Source of the DNA: Macrostomum lignano | Taxonomy: Eukaryota | Assembly: GCA_002269645.1 (NCBI GenBank) | Contig: NIVC01000832.1 | Coordinates: 1 to 64,000 of the forward strand | Direction of reading: 5' to 3' | DNA: 64,000 nucleotides | Shown here: positions 12,392 through 25,030 of the stretch, piece after piece | How the letters are laid out: each line of letters begins with the position of its first letter | Position numbering within the stretch: position 1 is the first letter of the stretch | Made by a program: the position numbers and the translations under genes | The notes under the pieces: model-generated | The model's database searches: none | What the model was told of the DNA's origin: nothing | Seen by the model: only the letters and a program-made list of their open reading frames with translations

Positions 12392-13477
12392 CTACCTGTT
12401 TTCCAAATTGACCTCCGCAGTCTGTCCATTAGCATGTAGGGTTTGAGGTGGGGGTGGAGAAGAATTGACAAAGTTGAAAGTTGGCCGGTTATCGTGTAAA
12501 CCCGGTAGCGTTGCGTTCGCACGAGTAAAGTAGGAAATTTCGCGCAGGCAAATCACAACGTAATCTTCTCCTTTTACTCCGACAGCCGGGGTCCTCAAGT
12601 CCGGGGGAGGGTAGTCGTACTCGTAGCGGAGCGGTCGTGTAGCGGCGCGGTCGTTCAAAGCGATGAAAACACCGGAAATGTAGGCACCGTAATTAATGTG
12701 TCGTTTTGCTGAGCTTATTACTTCCAGTAGGGTAGAGCTGCCACCACCGTAATTTACGTATTACGGAACGGATAAGTCTCGGAGCTTTTCTTTAGCTGAG
12801 GAAACTTGGTTATTTTACGCCCCACCGGCAAAAGATTCAAGATAAGCTACGGCTTAAAGTCAACTATTAATTTATAATGAATTGTATCGATATTATTTCT
12901 TTATTTGTTGGGATTTATTGGGCAGGATGAATAGATTATTATTACTAACGAGGATGATTTTCGGCGGGCCGCGGTGCGACGATTAATTAAAATGAAATAA
13001 AACTAAGAGAGTAAGCAGAAAGGAGTACAGAATTAAACTAACGCGTCAAAAACGGAGGGAAAGTAGGTGGAGGAGGAGGAGGAGGAGGAGGAGGAGGAGG
13101 AGGAGGTTAAACCAAAAGTAAACACAAACAGACGCACATTTTATAAGTAAACGTGAGCAAAGTTTGCCGCTGGACCAGATTAAGGAAAGCATACGAAACG
13201 CGTCTGGTCCAGCGACGGCAGAGTAATGAAAATACATGCAATTAAATGTGGTACGCAAAAAGGCAAACGGAGGGATAGCAAGTTGGCACGGGGTGGAGAT
13301 TAAAATATCCCATTGCGGGATGGGGTGCGTGACAAAATTTTCGGTAACTTGGCCCTACATGGGAAAACAAAAAATACGGCTTGCACTTATCGTAAAAGGA
13401 AAAGCACCAAATTTTGAAAGTTAATAAATGTCTATTAAATTGAAGGAGTAAATAAATATTATTAAAACCAGGGGCAG

Positions 13478-13800
13478 CCACCTGCCACAGGTTATTGGAA
13501 AGGTGAAGCCACCATCCTCAGGTGAGCTTCTTCGGTACAGCGGGTATCCGGTACAGTTTGGATCTGTAATCTCAGCTCGGATAACGCTATCAATTTGATT
13601 TGGCCTAATCCAGTTCCGTAGCAAAATCAGAATATGCGCATGTGGCATACCCCATTTCTGACATTCAATTGTGTACATTTTGCATCTATAGGCCCAAAGA
13701 TAGCTCCTTTGGTAATGAATTCCATCAGTTGTTTCAATTTCAGTTGAAGAACTTGGGCCGCTAAGTCGTGTCTATCCTGACTTTGCTGTTCTGGTATGAG
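13478..13800 (-). pseudogene. Helitron Rep fragment with HUH motif
   Basis: YTIECQKWGMPHAHILILL..IRPNQIDSVIRAEITDP = degenerate 'YTIEWQKRGLPHAH' HUH motif; internal deletion before GYPLYRR. Confidence 0.88.
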
Positions 13801-14255
13801 CTCTGATCAAGGACCCCTAGAAAAAGGATGGGACACTTCATTTCTTGGAAAATTGAAAAATGCACTAGCTAGATAGGAACTTTTCACTTTTTCACTTTAA
13901 AATGGTGATAGATTTTTATTAAAAGCAGATACAAAGCTCTTCTTTTGATATAACTTTCAAAACTTACAAAACTTACAAAACTTAGCTTTGATAGATTTTA
14001 TAAAGATTTTTTCGTAAATAATTGACCTTCATATTATTTTAGTTACTAGCTAAATCATGCAGCAATTATAGTCTAAAGCTACCTAGTGACTAACTTGAAT
14101 TTTACAGATCTGTTTAATTGAATGCATCTATTTAAAAGCTATATATCATTCAAAAACTGTTTGCTATAATTATGTGCCCAAGTCACTGCTTATTCATTTT
14201 AGTTTTATACTTTTGAAGTACTTATGGTTTTCTCGGGGTGGCCTGGTAGGTCTTT

Positions 14256-14275
14256 GAATCCTACCGCTGCCACCA
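14256..14275 (-). promoter_or_regulatory. Primer-binding site complementary to the tRNA-Leu 3' end
   Basis: Minus strand reads TGGTGGCAGCGGTAGGATTC, 1 nt after an LTR end (...ACAACA). Confidence 0.8.
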
Positions 14276-14276
14276 G

Positions 14277-15043
14277 TGTTGTACCTGTGGTTGTCCTGCT
14301 GTACAGCGCAGTGACTTGGGCTCCGTCCTCTCACTCAAAAGCCTTCTTAACTTTAGTAGCGTAGGTAGTGCTGCCACCAGTTCCTTTAGGTCTCGGCCTT
14401 CGGTGAGGTGAGCTTCCCGTCGGAACGAAGTAAGGAAGTCAACGAACACAGCACGACGTGCAGGTTTGCAGTTCAACGTATAAGGCGTCTCGTCAGCAGC
14501 ACCCGCCGGGCTTGGATGGTAGAGGGAGGGCTGAGTTAGCCTCTCGTAGGCTTGGGGCGTGCTTTAGTAGGGTCTCAGTCAGATCAATAAGAACAGATTC
14601 AATAAACGCAGTCGGGCGCTCAGTTCAGACGCTACCGCACACAGGTCTTAGAACTCGGGAATCAAGAACTCCTTGACGGAAACAAGGGGAGAGGGCTCCT
14701 ATTTATAGCCGGGAAACACCCGCGCACAAGACCTCGTGACTTGTTCTAATTTTAGAACTGACGTCACTCGAGAGTCTCGGGCAGGGTACAAGCGCGCGGA
14801 AGACCTCGTGACTTGTTCTATTTTTAGAACTGACGTCACTTGAGGGTCCCCCGGCAGAGTGCACATGGCTGTGACTCAGTTGCTATTTTTAGCAACATGA
14901 GTCACTCCTCTCCTTAGAGAAGGGAGGGGTCCGAAAGCATGTGACTCACCCGGTAAACAGGGCCAACGAGTGCAGTAAACATGTTTACTGCACTTTAAGA
15001 CTCAAAGAACGCAAGAACTGTCATGTGACTTGCTCGCATGACA
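14277..15043 (-). mobile_element. Orphan 5' LTR (767 bp) of an LTR retrotransposon; internal region lost
   Basis: TGTCATG...ACAACA termini on the minus strand, adjacent PBS, TATAAATA near 14700-14707, enhancer-like repeats in the U3 part. Confidence 0.75.
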
Positions 15044-17864
15044 GAGGAAAACAGGATGGAAGCGAAACAGAGACAGCCCACAGTCGAGAGACTGAGGGCT
15101 GAGAACGGAGACGCAGCAGGGCGGAAAGGGACATGGGGGGCAACAGGCAAACGAAAGGGGGGCGGGAAGCTGACCAGCGGCAGACAGCAACCCAAAGGGA
15201 GGGTAAGGGAACGGCTGACAAGGGCGACGCCTAACCATAAACTAGCGGCTCACTACACTCTCCCCGTTCAAATAAAGAGGCGGAGTGAAGGCGGAGCGCG
15301 CCTTTATTTAAAAAGGTAAAACTGCAAAAATAGAATAAAATTTTGATTGACAAAAGATGGTAAGTTGGCATGGCGGCTGAGAAAAGGGTGGGTCAGGCCC
15401 ATAATTGAGACCCTAAACGCACTGCGGGGGCGCCTGCCCGCATGAGATCGGCGCCTAAATACCGGGGTGCTTGAACAATCGCAGAGCCCGGGGGCACAAA
15501 GGGTTACCTGAGCGGTGTTGGGACTTTAAAAGAGAAAAGGCCACGATTGGGCACAAACGCGCGGCTGGGCGAGAGCCGTAATACTGCCCCATACTGTACT
15601 AATGAAACACACTAAAATGCAGAAGGGGGGCGCCAGCCCCAAGGACGCAAGTGGCGCCTAAATACAGAGGGATGCGAGAGTTCATGCAGAGCCCTGGGGA
15701 GGAAAAGCACGGGACTGGCCGAAAGCCTCAAATGGTTAAAGTCAGAATGAGCACAAGGGACAAATGATGCTCAAGTATGCAAAAAAGGAGGAAATAAATG
15801 GCGCGGCTGCCTCCAAAAAATCTATCTCCATATTATAAATTCTGTACTTTTATTATTCCAGATCAGTTTGTGAGTTGCATTTTTTGAGTGTAGTATTCTG
15901 TGACAAAAATTATCACAGCCTCAATATTATTCCCGAAAAAAGGGTACGTGCTTCACCGAAAATTATTTTAACCTCTACATTTATTATAAAAAATTTATGC
16001 AGCCTCATCAGTCTAGCACAAAATATCAGTCTCCTAAGGAGCCTCCCAGCCTTGCAAAAAGGGTGCCAAGACAATCAACTTAGCGCCAATCCCCAAACTC
16101 AATAGGGTGCTCATCTTTCGAAAAAATTAAATTGTCAATAAAAATGCTTTCAATCGTCTCTCCAGGTTCTTATTAAAAAGCGCACGAGCCCAATTACAAG
16201 AGTAAGTACCGATGCAAACTAGAGTGCAGTGAGTACATGAGGAAATATTGGCCCGACCACAAAATAAATGTCCCTAATATTAATCTAGCTCTCCAGACAC
16301 TGGTTTCTTAAGTATGGAGTAACCTATGTAAAAGATTACGACGGCTACTATAACTTTGCAGAAATCATTAAGCAACTGTAATTTTTTCTCACATTATCTC
16401 ACTGATTAATGTCAATACAAACTCTTCACCGTTAAAATCAACACCCATCCCATTTTCAGTCTCAAACTGTAGCACAATCTCGTGAATCTCCTTATTACCC
16501 AATAAAACTCTTCACTGGATTTGGTTTCTCTACCAGCATCTGTCCTCCAGCTACAGAGTTAGAGATGTACAAAATGTAAGCTTCTCTCTTGTTGCACTTA
16601 GTTTTGTATGAGAGCTTACGTCCTTATAGGAGGTCGCCTTATGGCAGAATCTTGTAACAATCGCAATAGGACGCAATAGATCAGTTTCTAGCTTAATACC
16701 AGCAGAAGAAGAATAAGCCTCCGTGGGCTTCCCGCTTGCGTATATTTATGCGGAGCTCTACAACTTCGTCCCCTGCCGCCGATGAGGTGGGGAACCGCTT
16801 TCCTCACGACAGCGGGGTTTACACTAAACAGCGCATGCAATTAACAACACTAGACATGCCCGTAACTACGGGGGCGAGGGTTATACGGTTAGACTTAGCG
16901 GATTACTCTGGTTGCGTTAGAGCATCTGGGGGGAGTTCAGTTCACTGTCCTTCTGTGCGGGCCGGCTCACGCATCCACCCCTCGGTTGCCACGCCGGTCG
17001 GGGTTGGGCGTCGGTCCCGGGCCTGCCCGCAGCTCCTCCCCAGGTGCGGCCTCCGCGCCCGGCTCATTAAGAATTCTCCGGCCGGCCGTCACTGCTTGTC
17101 AACCGTCCAGGTCAAATTGCTGCCTCGCCTTTGATGTCTGTCTGAAATTAATGGAGCAATTTCGTGAGGAAATTGCTGTAGTTTGCCATGCGCTGCGTGT
17201 CCTATTGTAAGCTCCGCCTATTCCCATTTCTATTGTTCTAGCTTCCCCGGCTTTAGACTCCCCTCTTGTAGTCCCTAGGCCTTAGCCTGCATGCTGAATT
17301 TCTAATCCCTATATTACTTCCCCCTTTTTTGAAATCCTTGCGTAGCAGGATTACCCTCGCCTTCTCCTGGTGTGCGCTGGGACTTTCTGAAACTAAAATT
17401 ATAGGGGTTAGAAATTCGCGGCGAAATTCATCTGTGAAGATCGTATTAGAGAAGAGGAAATATTCATCAGGAGGAATAGGTTGGGTAATATCAATATTAA
17501 ATGATAGCCTGCTATGTCAGTGCTTTGCGAATCGGGCCAGAGTAAGACTTTTTTAATAGAACAGTCATAAGTAAAATCAATGTGAGGGTGCAAACGTTTT
17601 TAATAGTTAAGTTTGTTTAGTTTTGTAAATTATGTGGCACGTCTGTATGTACTTTCACCCCTCCGGCGTAGGGTCTCTGCTCTCTCACTTTATCTAACCC
17701 GCGCCCAAGCTCTGGCGGATCAATTTTTTAAGGGGGGGTATCGCCCCCCCCCCCCTAATTAGCCTTGGGGCCCCCGGGCTTTCGCTTTAAAAGGTCAGGC
17801 GGTAACCTCGGCCGCTCTTTCTTATTTCTAAATTCTTCCGAGTTCATCCCTCTCGCCATTTAAA

Positions 17865-18107
17865 ATGTCCCAACACGCCCTGCAACAACTGGCCAAGCTT
17901 CTCTCGAGCACGGATGATCGAGTAACTATTCTAGAGCGCCGCGTTTCTGAATTGTCGCAGCGTGCGGCTGAGTCTGATACCGGCTTACGGGCCTTACGCG
18001 GATGGCTCGGCGGACTCGGTGGCGGGGGCCTGCTTCTCATTCTTCTCGTGGTGCTTTTTCTAGGAATATGCTGTCGCCACCGTTATCGCCCTCTTCCTAC
18101 TGCCTAA
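17865..18107 (+). CDS. 80-aa single-pass membrane protein (coiled coil, W-x-GGGG-TM, CC, basic tail with YxxL)
   Basis: AAAATG start closed upstream by an in-frame TAA at 17829; hydrophobic run WLGGLGGGGLLLILLVVLFLGI; tail CCRHRYRPLPTA; AATAAA at 18192-18197. Confidence 0.55.
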   Translation: MSQHALQQLAKLLSSTDDRVTILERRVSELSQRAAESDTGLRALRGWLGGLGGGGLLLILLVVLFLGICCRHRYRPLPTA

Positions 18108-18548
18108 CTGTTTAACATTGACTACTATTTGAGTTTTAGCATTTCTGCTGAGTGGCCCGTGCATTTCGTGTTTTTATGGTGCAGTTGTGCAAATAAACAG
18201 AGTGATGGCATTGTGTTGTTATATTGACAGGTTACAATGGTCGGTAAAGACAAGTGTTAATCGGACTTACTTGATGTTGTATTGGCTTCCTTGTAGCTAC
18301 ACTTATTTGTTTATTGACTTGCTAATATTGTATCTGGAGGCTGAGAGAAAAATGGGAATTACTACACTGCTCACGATTGGCTCCCCAAGCCCTCAAGCCC
18401 TTCCTTGAAACAATTCGGGGCTGCTGACCGTGGGTGCCAAAAGAGGGAGCCTGCCAACGAGGGCATCCACAGAGTGGGTCGGTCTCGAACTCGATGGCCT
18501 TCCCATCCCACCGACGGTACCTCGCTGACCGGGCCCCCTTCTTTGCAT

Positions 18549-19238
18549 CTAGGGGATTGCTCCTCCCCTTCTCCCTGCCTCCATACTCCTGCCACAAGCT
18601 GCTATTAGTGCTGCCTTCAGCTGTGGCCATTGCAAAGTAGCTGGGGAGTAAGCCATCATTATTGGCTTCTTTATGTCCCCTGACCCCAGGTGGATGCCGT
18701 GGTATTGCCATATCTGTAGCAGGTACTTTACTAGGGTGGCGTGCCGCTGAAGGTGCCGACATTTCGGGCCCCAAGGGTGCGTTACCACCGACCGAATTCC
18801 GCGCGCTAGAACTGAAAAGTGGGAGCACGCGAAGGCGTCCTGGTCGGTATAGTCAATAATTATGACCGTGTTGCTTCCCAGCATCCTATAGTCTGACCCC
18901 AGCCAGCTGAGATTTCCTGGGTTCTCCAAGATTCGGCGGGAGGTCAGATGCGTTACTATTGTTGCCGTTGGGCTGGTGATATCCAACAGTTCTTGGTGGA
19001 TGCGAAACAATTGGTGTTCATCATTCCTCTGTGGTCGGCTTGAGATCACCACTTGCTTTAACAGTTCCTCGTGAAACCGGGTAACCTGTGTGTTGTCGTC
19101 CGAGTTAACATCTGCGTATTGCACTATGCGTCCCTGCTTGGGATTCCATTGTATAGTTGGCCGACGAAGTTTCCATCTTCGTCGCAGCTGGTCTAGTCTC
19201 ATATTTTCATATCCGGGCCTGCCTTCTCGGGTTCCCAT
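18549..19238 (-). CDS. Unknown 229-aa protein
   Basis: Longest ORF not explained by a repeat or known TE; globular-looking composition; minus-strand AATAAA at 18310-18315. No domain recognised. Confidence 0.45.
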   Translation of the reverse strand: MGTREGRPGYENMRLDQLRRRWKLRRPTIQWNPKQGRIVQYADVNSDDNTQVTRFHEELLKQVVISSRPQRNDEHQLFRIHQELLDITSPTATIVTHLTSRRILENPGNLSWLGSDYRMLGSNTVIIIDYTDQDAFACSHFSVLARGIRSVVTHPWGPKCRHLQRHATLVKYLLQIWQYHGIHLGSGDIKKPIMMAYSPATLQWPQLKAALIAACGRSMEAGRRGGAIP

Positions 19239-22160
19239 GTTAATGGTTGCTTGAAAAGAGGTCTTATCGTGCTTTCTAGCGCCGGTTGGGTGTCTTCACC
19301 AATATAGGAGGTTGCGCGCCTGTCGAGTTAAGCGGCTAAATATGTTTGCTTGCGCCTCCTTTTGATTTCAATTAGCCTTTCAACTTTACTGGCTTTACTG
19401 TTCAATCGAAAGTTTAGAACACAAGTTTTTGTTCGACCGATAGTTGTTAGGCCGCCAGTTGGCTCGCTCGCAAGTTGGCCAATTTCTACCTTTTCGCACT
19501 AATATTTATACAACAAAATTTGCCTCAGTCAGCGTTATTTCAAACCAATAGCAATTGTAGCAAAAGAGTTCTAGATCAACGCAATTGCAAGAAAATCTGG
19601 GAATTATTTTTTTGGTGCGAAAGTTGGATGCCTGCATGCCAGTTTCATGTGAACAGCGAAATCGGACACCGCCGTTGTGCGTCATTCGGCGGCTCCACCA
19701 GTGTTGCAGCTGTATCGATGTCGCAGATCTTGGGCGCTGATCTCAGCAGTTTTCGTGAGAACCAGACGTTCAGACGTTCTTAGTGCAAGCCAATTTCAGC
19801 CGGCTAAACTCTTCTAACTTTCACTTGTGCAAACAATTGAGCGTGGGAAGCACAATGAACTCCTGCTGAACTGGTCTTGCTGTCCTGAGCCGATCGGCTG
19901 ATTGTTGCGTACTCCTGAGATCGTTGATGCTGCTGCTGCTGATAGTGCGAGCCGAGCTACGTTGGGTGTCTTAGACAAAGGCTAGCGTCCGCAACTTTGG
20001 GGCCTACTTCATAACTTTGGTCCCCTCGCTCCAGGCTCACATTGGGTCCTCTCGTTGCCGTCCAGCCTCGCCAGGTGACTCGACCAGGTGACACGACCAG
20101 GTGACCTAGTCTATCCCCGTTACTAGACATATGAGCATTTTCTTATGACTCGACACCTCGAAGTATAGTTTAAAGTTGAACCGTGCTTAAAAATACCAGC
20201 CATGAGTATAGTAATGTTGGGGACTCCTCAAGCCGGGTCGCTACCATTCTTCAGTTCGCGCTGCTCTAAGGGGGTCAACCTTGAAGTCCGCCACCTCGGA
20301 AACGGGCATGCAGTCCTCGTGAGCTATCTTAAGTAGCTTCACTGGCATGTCTCTTGCATGCACAGATCGTGATCCGGTCTTCCTGCCGGATGCACCGCAG
20401 ATTTCCCTCACAGTCTTCTTGCTGTGGGGAGGCGACTCTTGGCCTTTCTGCCGGAACACTGCTCCGCTTTTGAGACGGATCGCCTCTCAGGGCAGGAAAA
20501 TTGATCTGCACGCCGGTCGCCGAGACAGTGACGTCGGGGCTGACTCTTCTTGTCGATCCATCTGAACGGCTGTTAAACACGCGTCAGTTAGTTCGGCGGC
20601 TGCACCGTGGAGGCAGTTGAACTGAACCACCGTTGCGACTTAATGCCGTCAAGCACGCCAACGACGCAATATGTCCTCTGGTCGCCGGATCCCGATTTGT
20701 TGATGTTGTGCTGTCCATCAACCGGCTTCTATTCAACCCTCTGTTATCCTTCGTGACAGGAACTTCGTCTAGCAGACTCACGCGGTCAGGGAACCATTGT
20801 AACAGGTAGTATTTTGTGTCCATCCTGCACCTTCTGCTCACGTCGGATAAGAAAGAATTGAACTCGAAGCACGGTATTTCTGGGCCCAGGCTGCTGCGGT
20901 CTACAGCCCAGCCGAGACAATGGCCATGCCTTAGGCCCGCAGATGCGGGCGAGAGGAAAGTGAAGCGAGCGCCTCCACTGTCTCTCCTTTTATTTAAAAC
21001 ACTGCAGAACAGGCGCGTAGGAACGTAAACTCTTAAAGGCTACACAGAACAAAATGCAAATTTCGCAGCAAGTTTTTGGTGCAGCCGTCCTTCGCAAATA
21101 TGACTGCATTTTATGCAGCTCATAACCATTGTAGACATCATCCAGAAAGTCCAATTGTTGGTCATACAAGCTGATTTTAAGATTGTGTCCGTCACTTTTT
21201 ATTTAGGAAACTGAGTAAATAGCATATCGTAATAACATGTCACAAACAGCTGGTACCACAATAGGAAAAATGTCAACGCGTTAGCCTTTTCTGGCCAATC
21301 GAAAGCAAGCTAGAGCAACCGTATACTACAAAAATACTTTACAAAAATTATTACTATACCTTATAAAACTATTTATCTCTTGTGTTCTGCAATATGAAAA
21401 AAGCCAACACGTTAACTTTTTCTGACCAATCCGAAGCAGGCTAGAGTGTATGCGCCTATTTTCAGACAAGTTTCTTCCATGACTGGTCACCTTCAAGGAT
21501 TTCAACTAACATTGAAAAAATAGCGTTCAAATCACGAAGCGGCAGGGAGACTTGCTTAAGACCAGGGTATTCACTTTCCAGCTTGAATAACTTCATATAA
21601 AGATTTGCTGTCTGTCGTATCGTCGATTGAATGGAAGAAGTCTAGCTTAATTGTGCATAGTCTAAATGCTATTGTATTTCACGATTTCAAAGCGAGAGAA
21701 AACTAACGATATCTATAGCAAACACGCTAGTGATAATATTGGGGTGGTTGGTGCATTGCGCGCACAGAAGGCATAAAATAAATAAAGTGCTTAGAGTGAA
21801 TACGTACATTTGAACATTTCGGGTGTAAGATGGTATTGGCTTATAAGTCAATAAAATGTATATATCAATCAATAATTCAAAAAAGGTCTGGCAATACGGC
21901 TTAGTGTACTTATGAAGTAGCTATGGACAGTGTTTTGCAGACTTTATTTATAGCTTTCTTTGCAACCCTAAGCCCCCACGCCACAGCCCCCCACTTGGAA
22001 GGGACGGGAGTGTACATTGTATGTACGATTTTCCTTCCTTTCCTTTCTTTCTAACCAACTTAACTCAGCCCAACGCCAAAGCCATGCAAGCATTGCCAAG
22101 CAATCGCATACAAATGCAATGCGGTATGCAGCTTAATCTGATGAATTTTGGTGCAAAAAG

Positions 22161-22244
22161 GTCGGCGGGCAAACTTCTGGCGGGCAAACATCGGCGGGCA
22201 AAGTTCCGGCGGGCAAACTTTTGGCGGGCAAACGCCGTGCTCCC
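22161..22244. mobile_element. Terminal fragment of a MULE/foldback-type element (15-bp CGGCGGGCAAAC repeats)
   Basis: Terminus (reverse complement) GGGAGCACGGCGTTTGCCCGCC resembles the GGGTGCACGACAATTGACTGCC end of the MULE at 57952; abuts and truncates the PIF1 ORF. Confidence 0.55.
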
Positions 22245-23400
22245 CTCGAATCCAACTCAAACACTCGGGCAAATCGGGTTTCTTTCCATTCGCATAGCAG
22301 TTGCCACGAACCGTTTCAACCGAGCCATTCACTTGGCCATTTTGCACAGATAGGTTCCGAGTCAACATCACGCGTGCTCCAATTGCCAGAAATAATCGCC
22401 TGGCTAGGCCTGTCTCCGATTTCTGCTTGCTACCATTAGCATGGTTGCCTTCTAGGACAAGTTGCATTGATTATCCGCGCTGAATTGTTATCATCAACAT
22501 TTTTTCGCAGCTCCTCACAGTTTGCATTAGACGCATCTTCATTTGTGGTACAATAGCGTGCATTTGCCATCAGCATCTAGCGGTAGCATGTCTGCAGCTG
22601 CTACTTGACACTTGTCCATTACAGTCTTCTAAATGGCTTCGGTTACTTTGCCTTCGCAAAGAGACACTAGAATGCTGGCAAACTCAGTGTCATTTGCTTG
22701 ACGCACCTGCTTGTTTAGATAAACAACCGTTTTGAAACTCTGATACTCTTGATAGCTTATCGGTGTCAAATTATCTTAAGCATTCTTGTTAAACACGTAC
22801 AGATGTTTGTCTTGCACGGGAGGCAGCTGAAACACATCGCCAACCAGAATGATTGACCGGCCGCCGAAATATCCTTCAAGTGTGTCTCGCTTCTCCTCAG
22901 GAAACAGTTCGCACAGACGGTTGTGCACCTTTGCCAGTGTCCTTTGGCGAACCATGCTTAACTCGACAAGATTATGTAGCGCACATTTGACCATACCGGT
23001 TGCATGTCTGACAATGCCTTGGTGCTGCCCGAAGTCGTTGAACCGTCAGCATTGGTAGTACAGGCCGTAGTCGAAAACTTTACGTTCAACTTCAACGCTG
23101 AATGCAGTGTCTCGCCACCAATGTTGAACGCAGCCACACCAGTCGGTGCCAATACTTTGCACTTGTCCTCGCCAACCAACTCTCGTAGCGCAACAATCAG
23201 AAAACTCTTGCCTGTTCCAGCGCTGCCATACAAAATTACTCGCAGTGGTGGAGGCATCTTTGCCGACTCTCCTGCATTGCTAGTAGTGTTGTCACTTTCG
23301 GCCAGCCGATCAAGCTTCAATTGATTGTCAATCATGTCGTAGAGCTTCCGCTGTCTCTCACTCAGCAGTGAAACGTCAATCGTTTGACGATTAGCGCCTG
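22245..23400 (-). pseudogene. PIF1-family helicase of a Helitron/Helentron-type element
   Basis: PLRVILYGSAGTGKSF, LAPTGVAAFNIGGETLHSAL, FGGRSIILVGDVFQLPPV, FLAIGARVMLTRNLSVQNGQVNGS; several stops and frameshifts. Confidence 0.9.
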
Positions 23401-25030
23401 CACCATCTTTGGTGGTTATTCCAGCTACGTCTAACAGGCTGTTTCAGTTCAGTCATTAAAAACTTTGCCTCTGCCAGACTCTGAAATTGCCAATCTAAAG
23501 CAGCACTCCAATCGAAATAGTTTTAAACTTTGGTGCAGTAGTTTTAAACATTTGAAGCTTCACCAGACGGAAGTTCATGAGCAGTTGTTGATTTCGAAGC
23601 CTATACAATTTTCGCACTGAAATCCATGATTGCCGCTGGCCTTTAGCGATTCTGATACTCTTGACAACAAGGGCTGCAGCACTGGATCTCACTATGCTCG
23701 CCTGATCCTGTGGAAACATGCTTCTATGCCCTCTCGAAGCATACTGGCCTTGCGGAAATAACCGATAAACTACAATAACAGTCGAAATCTTAATTTTCCA
23801 TAAAACCCACCCAACCAGCAAAAAGTCCTCTGACGAGATTGGTTCGAAAATGGCTTATCCCTTATCCCTTACTGGAACCATAACCTTTCATAATCGTTCC
23901 TCCCCAAAAAGTCTTGAACCTAGACTGCAAAAAACAACGCCAGTCAAACCAAATAAAGGACATCACAATGCTACATTGACAAAATACTAACTGACAGTTC
24001 TGGAATGTCTCTATTGACAAATCTGACATATGGCCAAACAAACACTGTCCCAGAAAGTCTTAAATAACAGTAGTATCACTTGTCGATTCTATATCAGCAT
24101 TCTTTAAATTTCAAATTTTTTATTTAAAAAACGATGCCACCCATAATAGACAGTAAACTAAGGCAGGCCTTACCGTTAGTGTGGCAAAAACCTGCTTCTC
24201 TGAGTGCAGCAGCAGCTTCGTCCAATTCAGCTTGTTGTCTTGTTAATTCATCCGTAGTAGACACGACAACAGGAATTAGGCAGTCTGAAGCACATTAGGG
24301 CGAGTATACTAAGTTATTAGCTTATAATTCAAGCATATAGATTGCAATAGCGTTCTAAACTTTATCATCAATGTTTTATGAAATCTGAATCCAACTATTT
24401 AAGTTCCGTTACAACCTAATTGTCTGTGAAAATTGGCAATGGCAAGGAGTAACACCACGAGTGTCGTTCCACAATCCACACTCCTCTAAGGCAGCAGCAG
24501 CATTGCGCAATCTTCACCAGCAGCAACAGCAGCAACTATGAAATTCTTAACTTCCGACGCAACAGTAACGACAGTGTTTGTTTCGGGCTCGGGAGCAGCA
24601 ATGGCAGGTTCGCCTGTCTTGCAATTAATAGCGGCGGCGGGCTTCTTTTTAGACTCGAATGAACGTCCAAAGGTAACGCGCTTAGCCTTCCTTCTAGGTT
24701 TTTTCGGAACCATACACCCACTCTAAAGGCTCGACTAATTGAAGAAATTGATAAAGCTTACGATGAATATAAAGCAGAAATATTAAAACACACCGATTGT
24801 AAATGCCCCCCATATTTGTATTCATTCAGAGTATATCTTGCACATGTTGATAAATGGGCATTGATTTCGAGACAGCACATAAGGAATGATGAATTTTTCG
24901 TCATGCTTAAGTTGAACATTTTCAAACTTCCCATAACCCTTGAGAAGTACATTGAAACTGATGAATTATATTGTTAAATTTATTTTAAATAAAATGGAAA
25001 AAAAATCAAAACGATTCAAGTTTCTCTCCT

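Noticed and set aside
19600-20841. Possible BEN-domain or transposon accessory gene
   Set aside because: Only vague resemblance across multiple broken frames; not supportable without a profile search.
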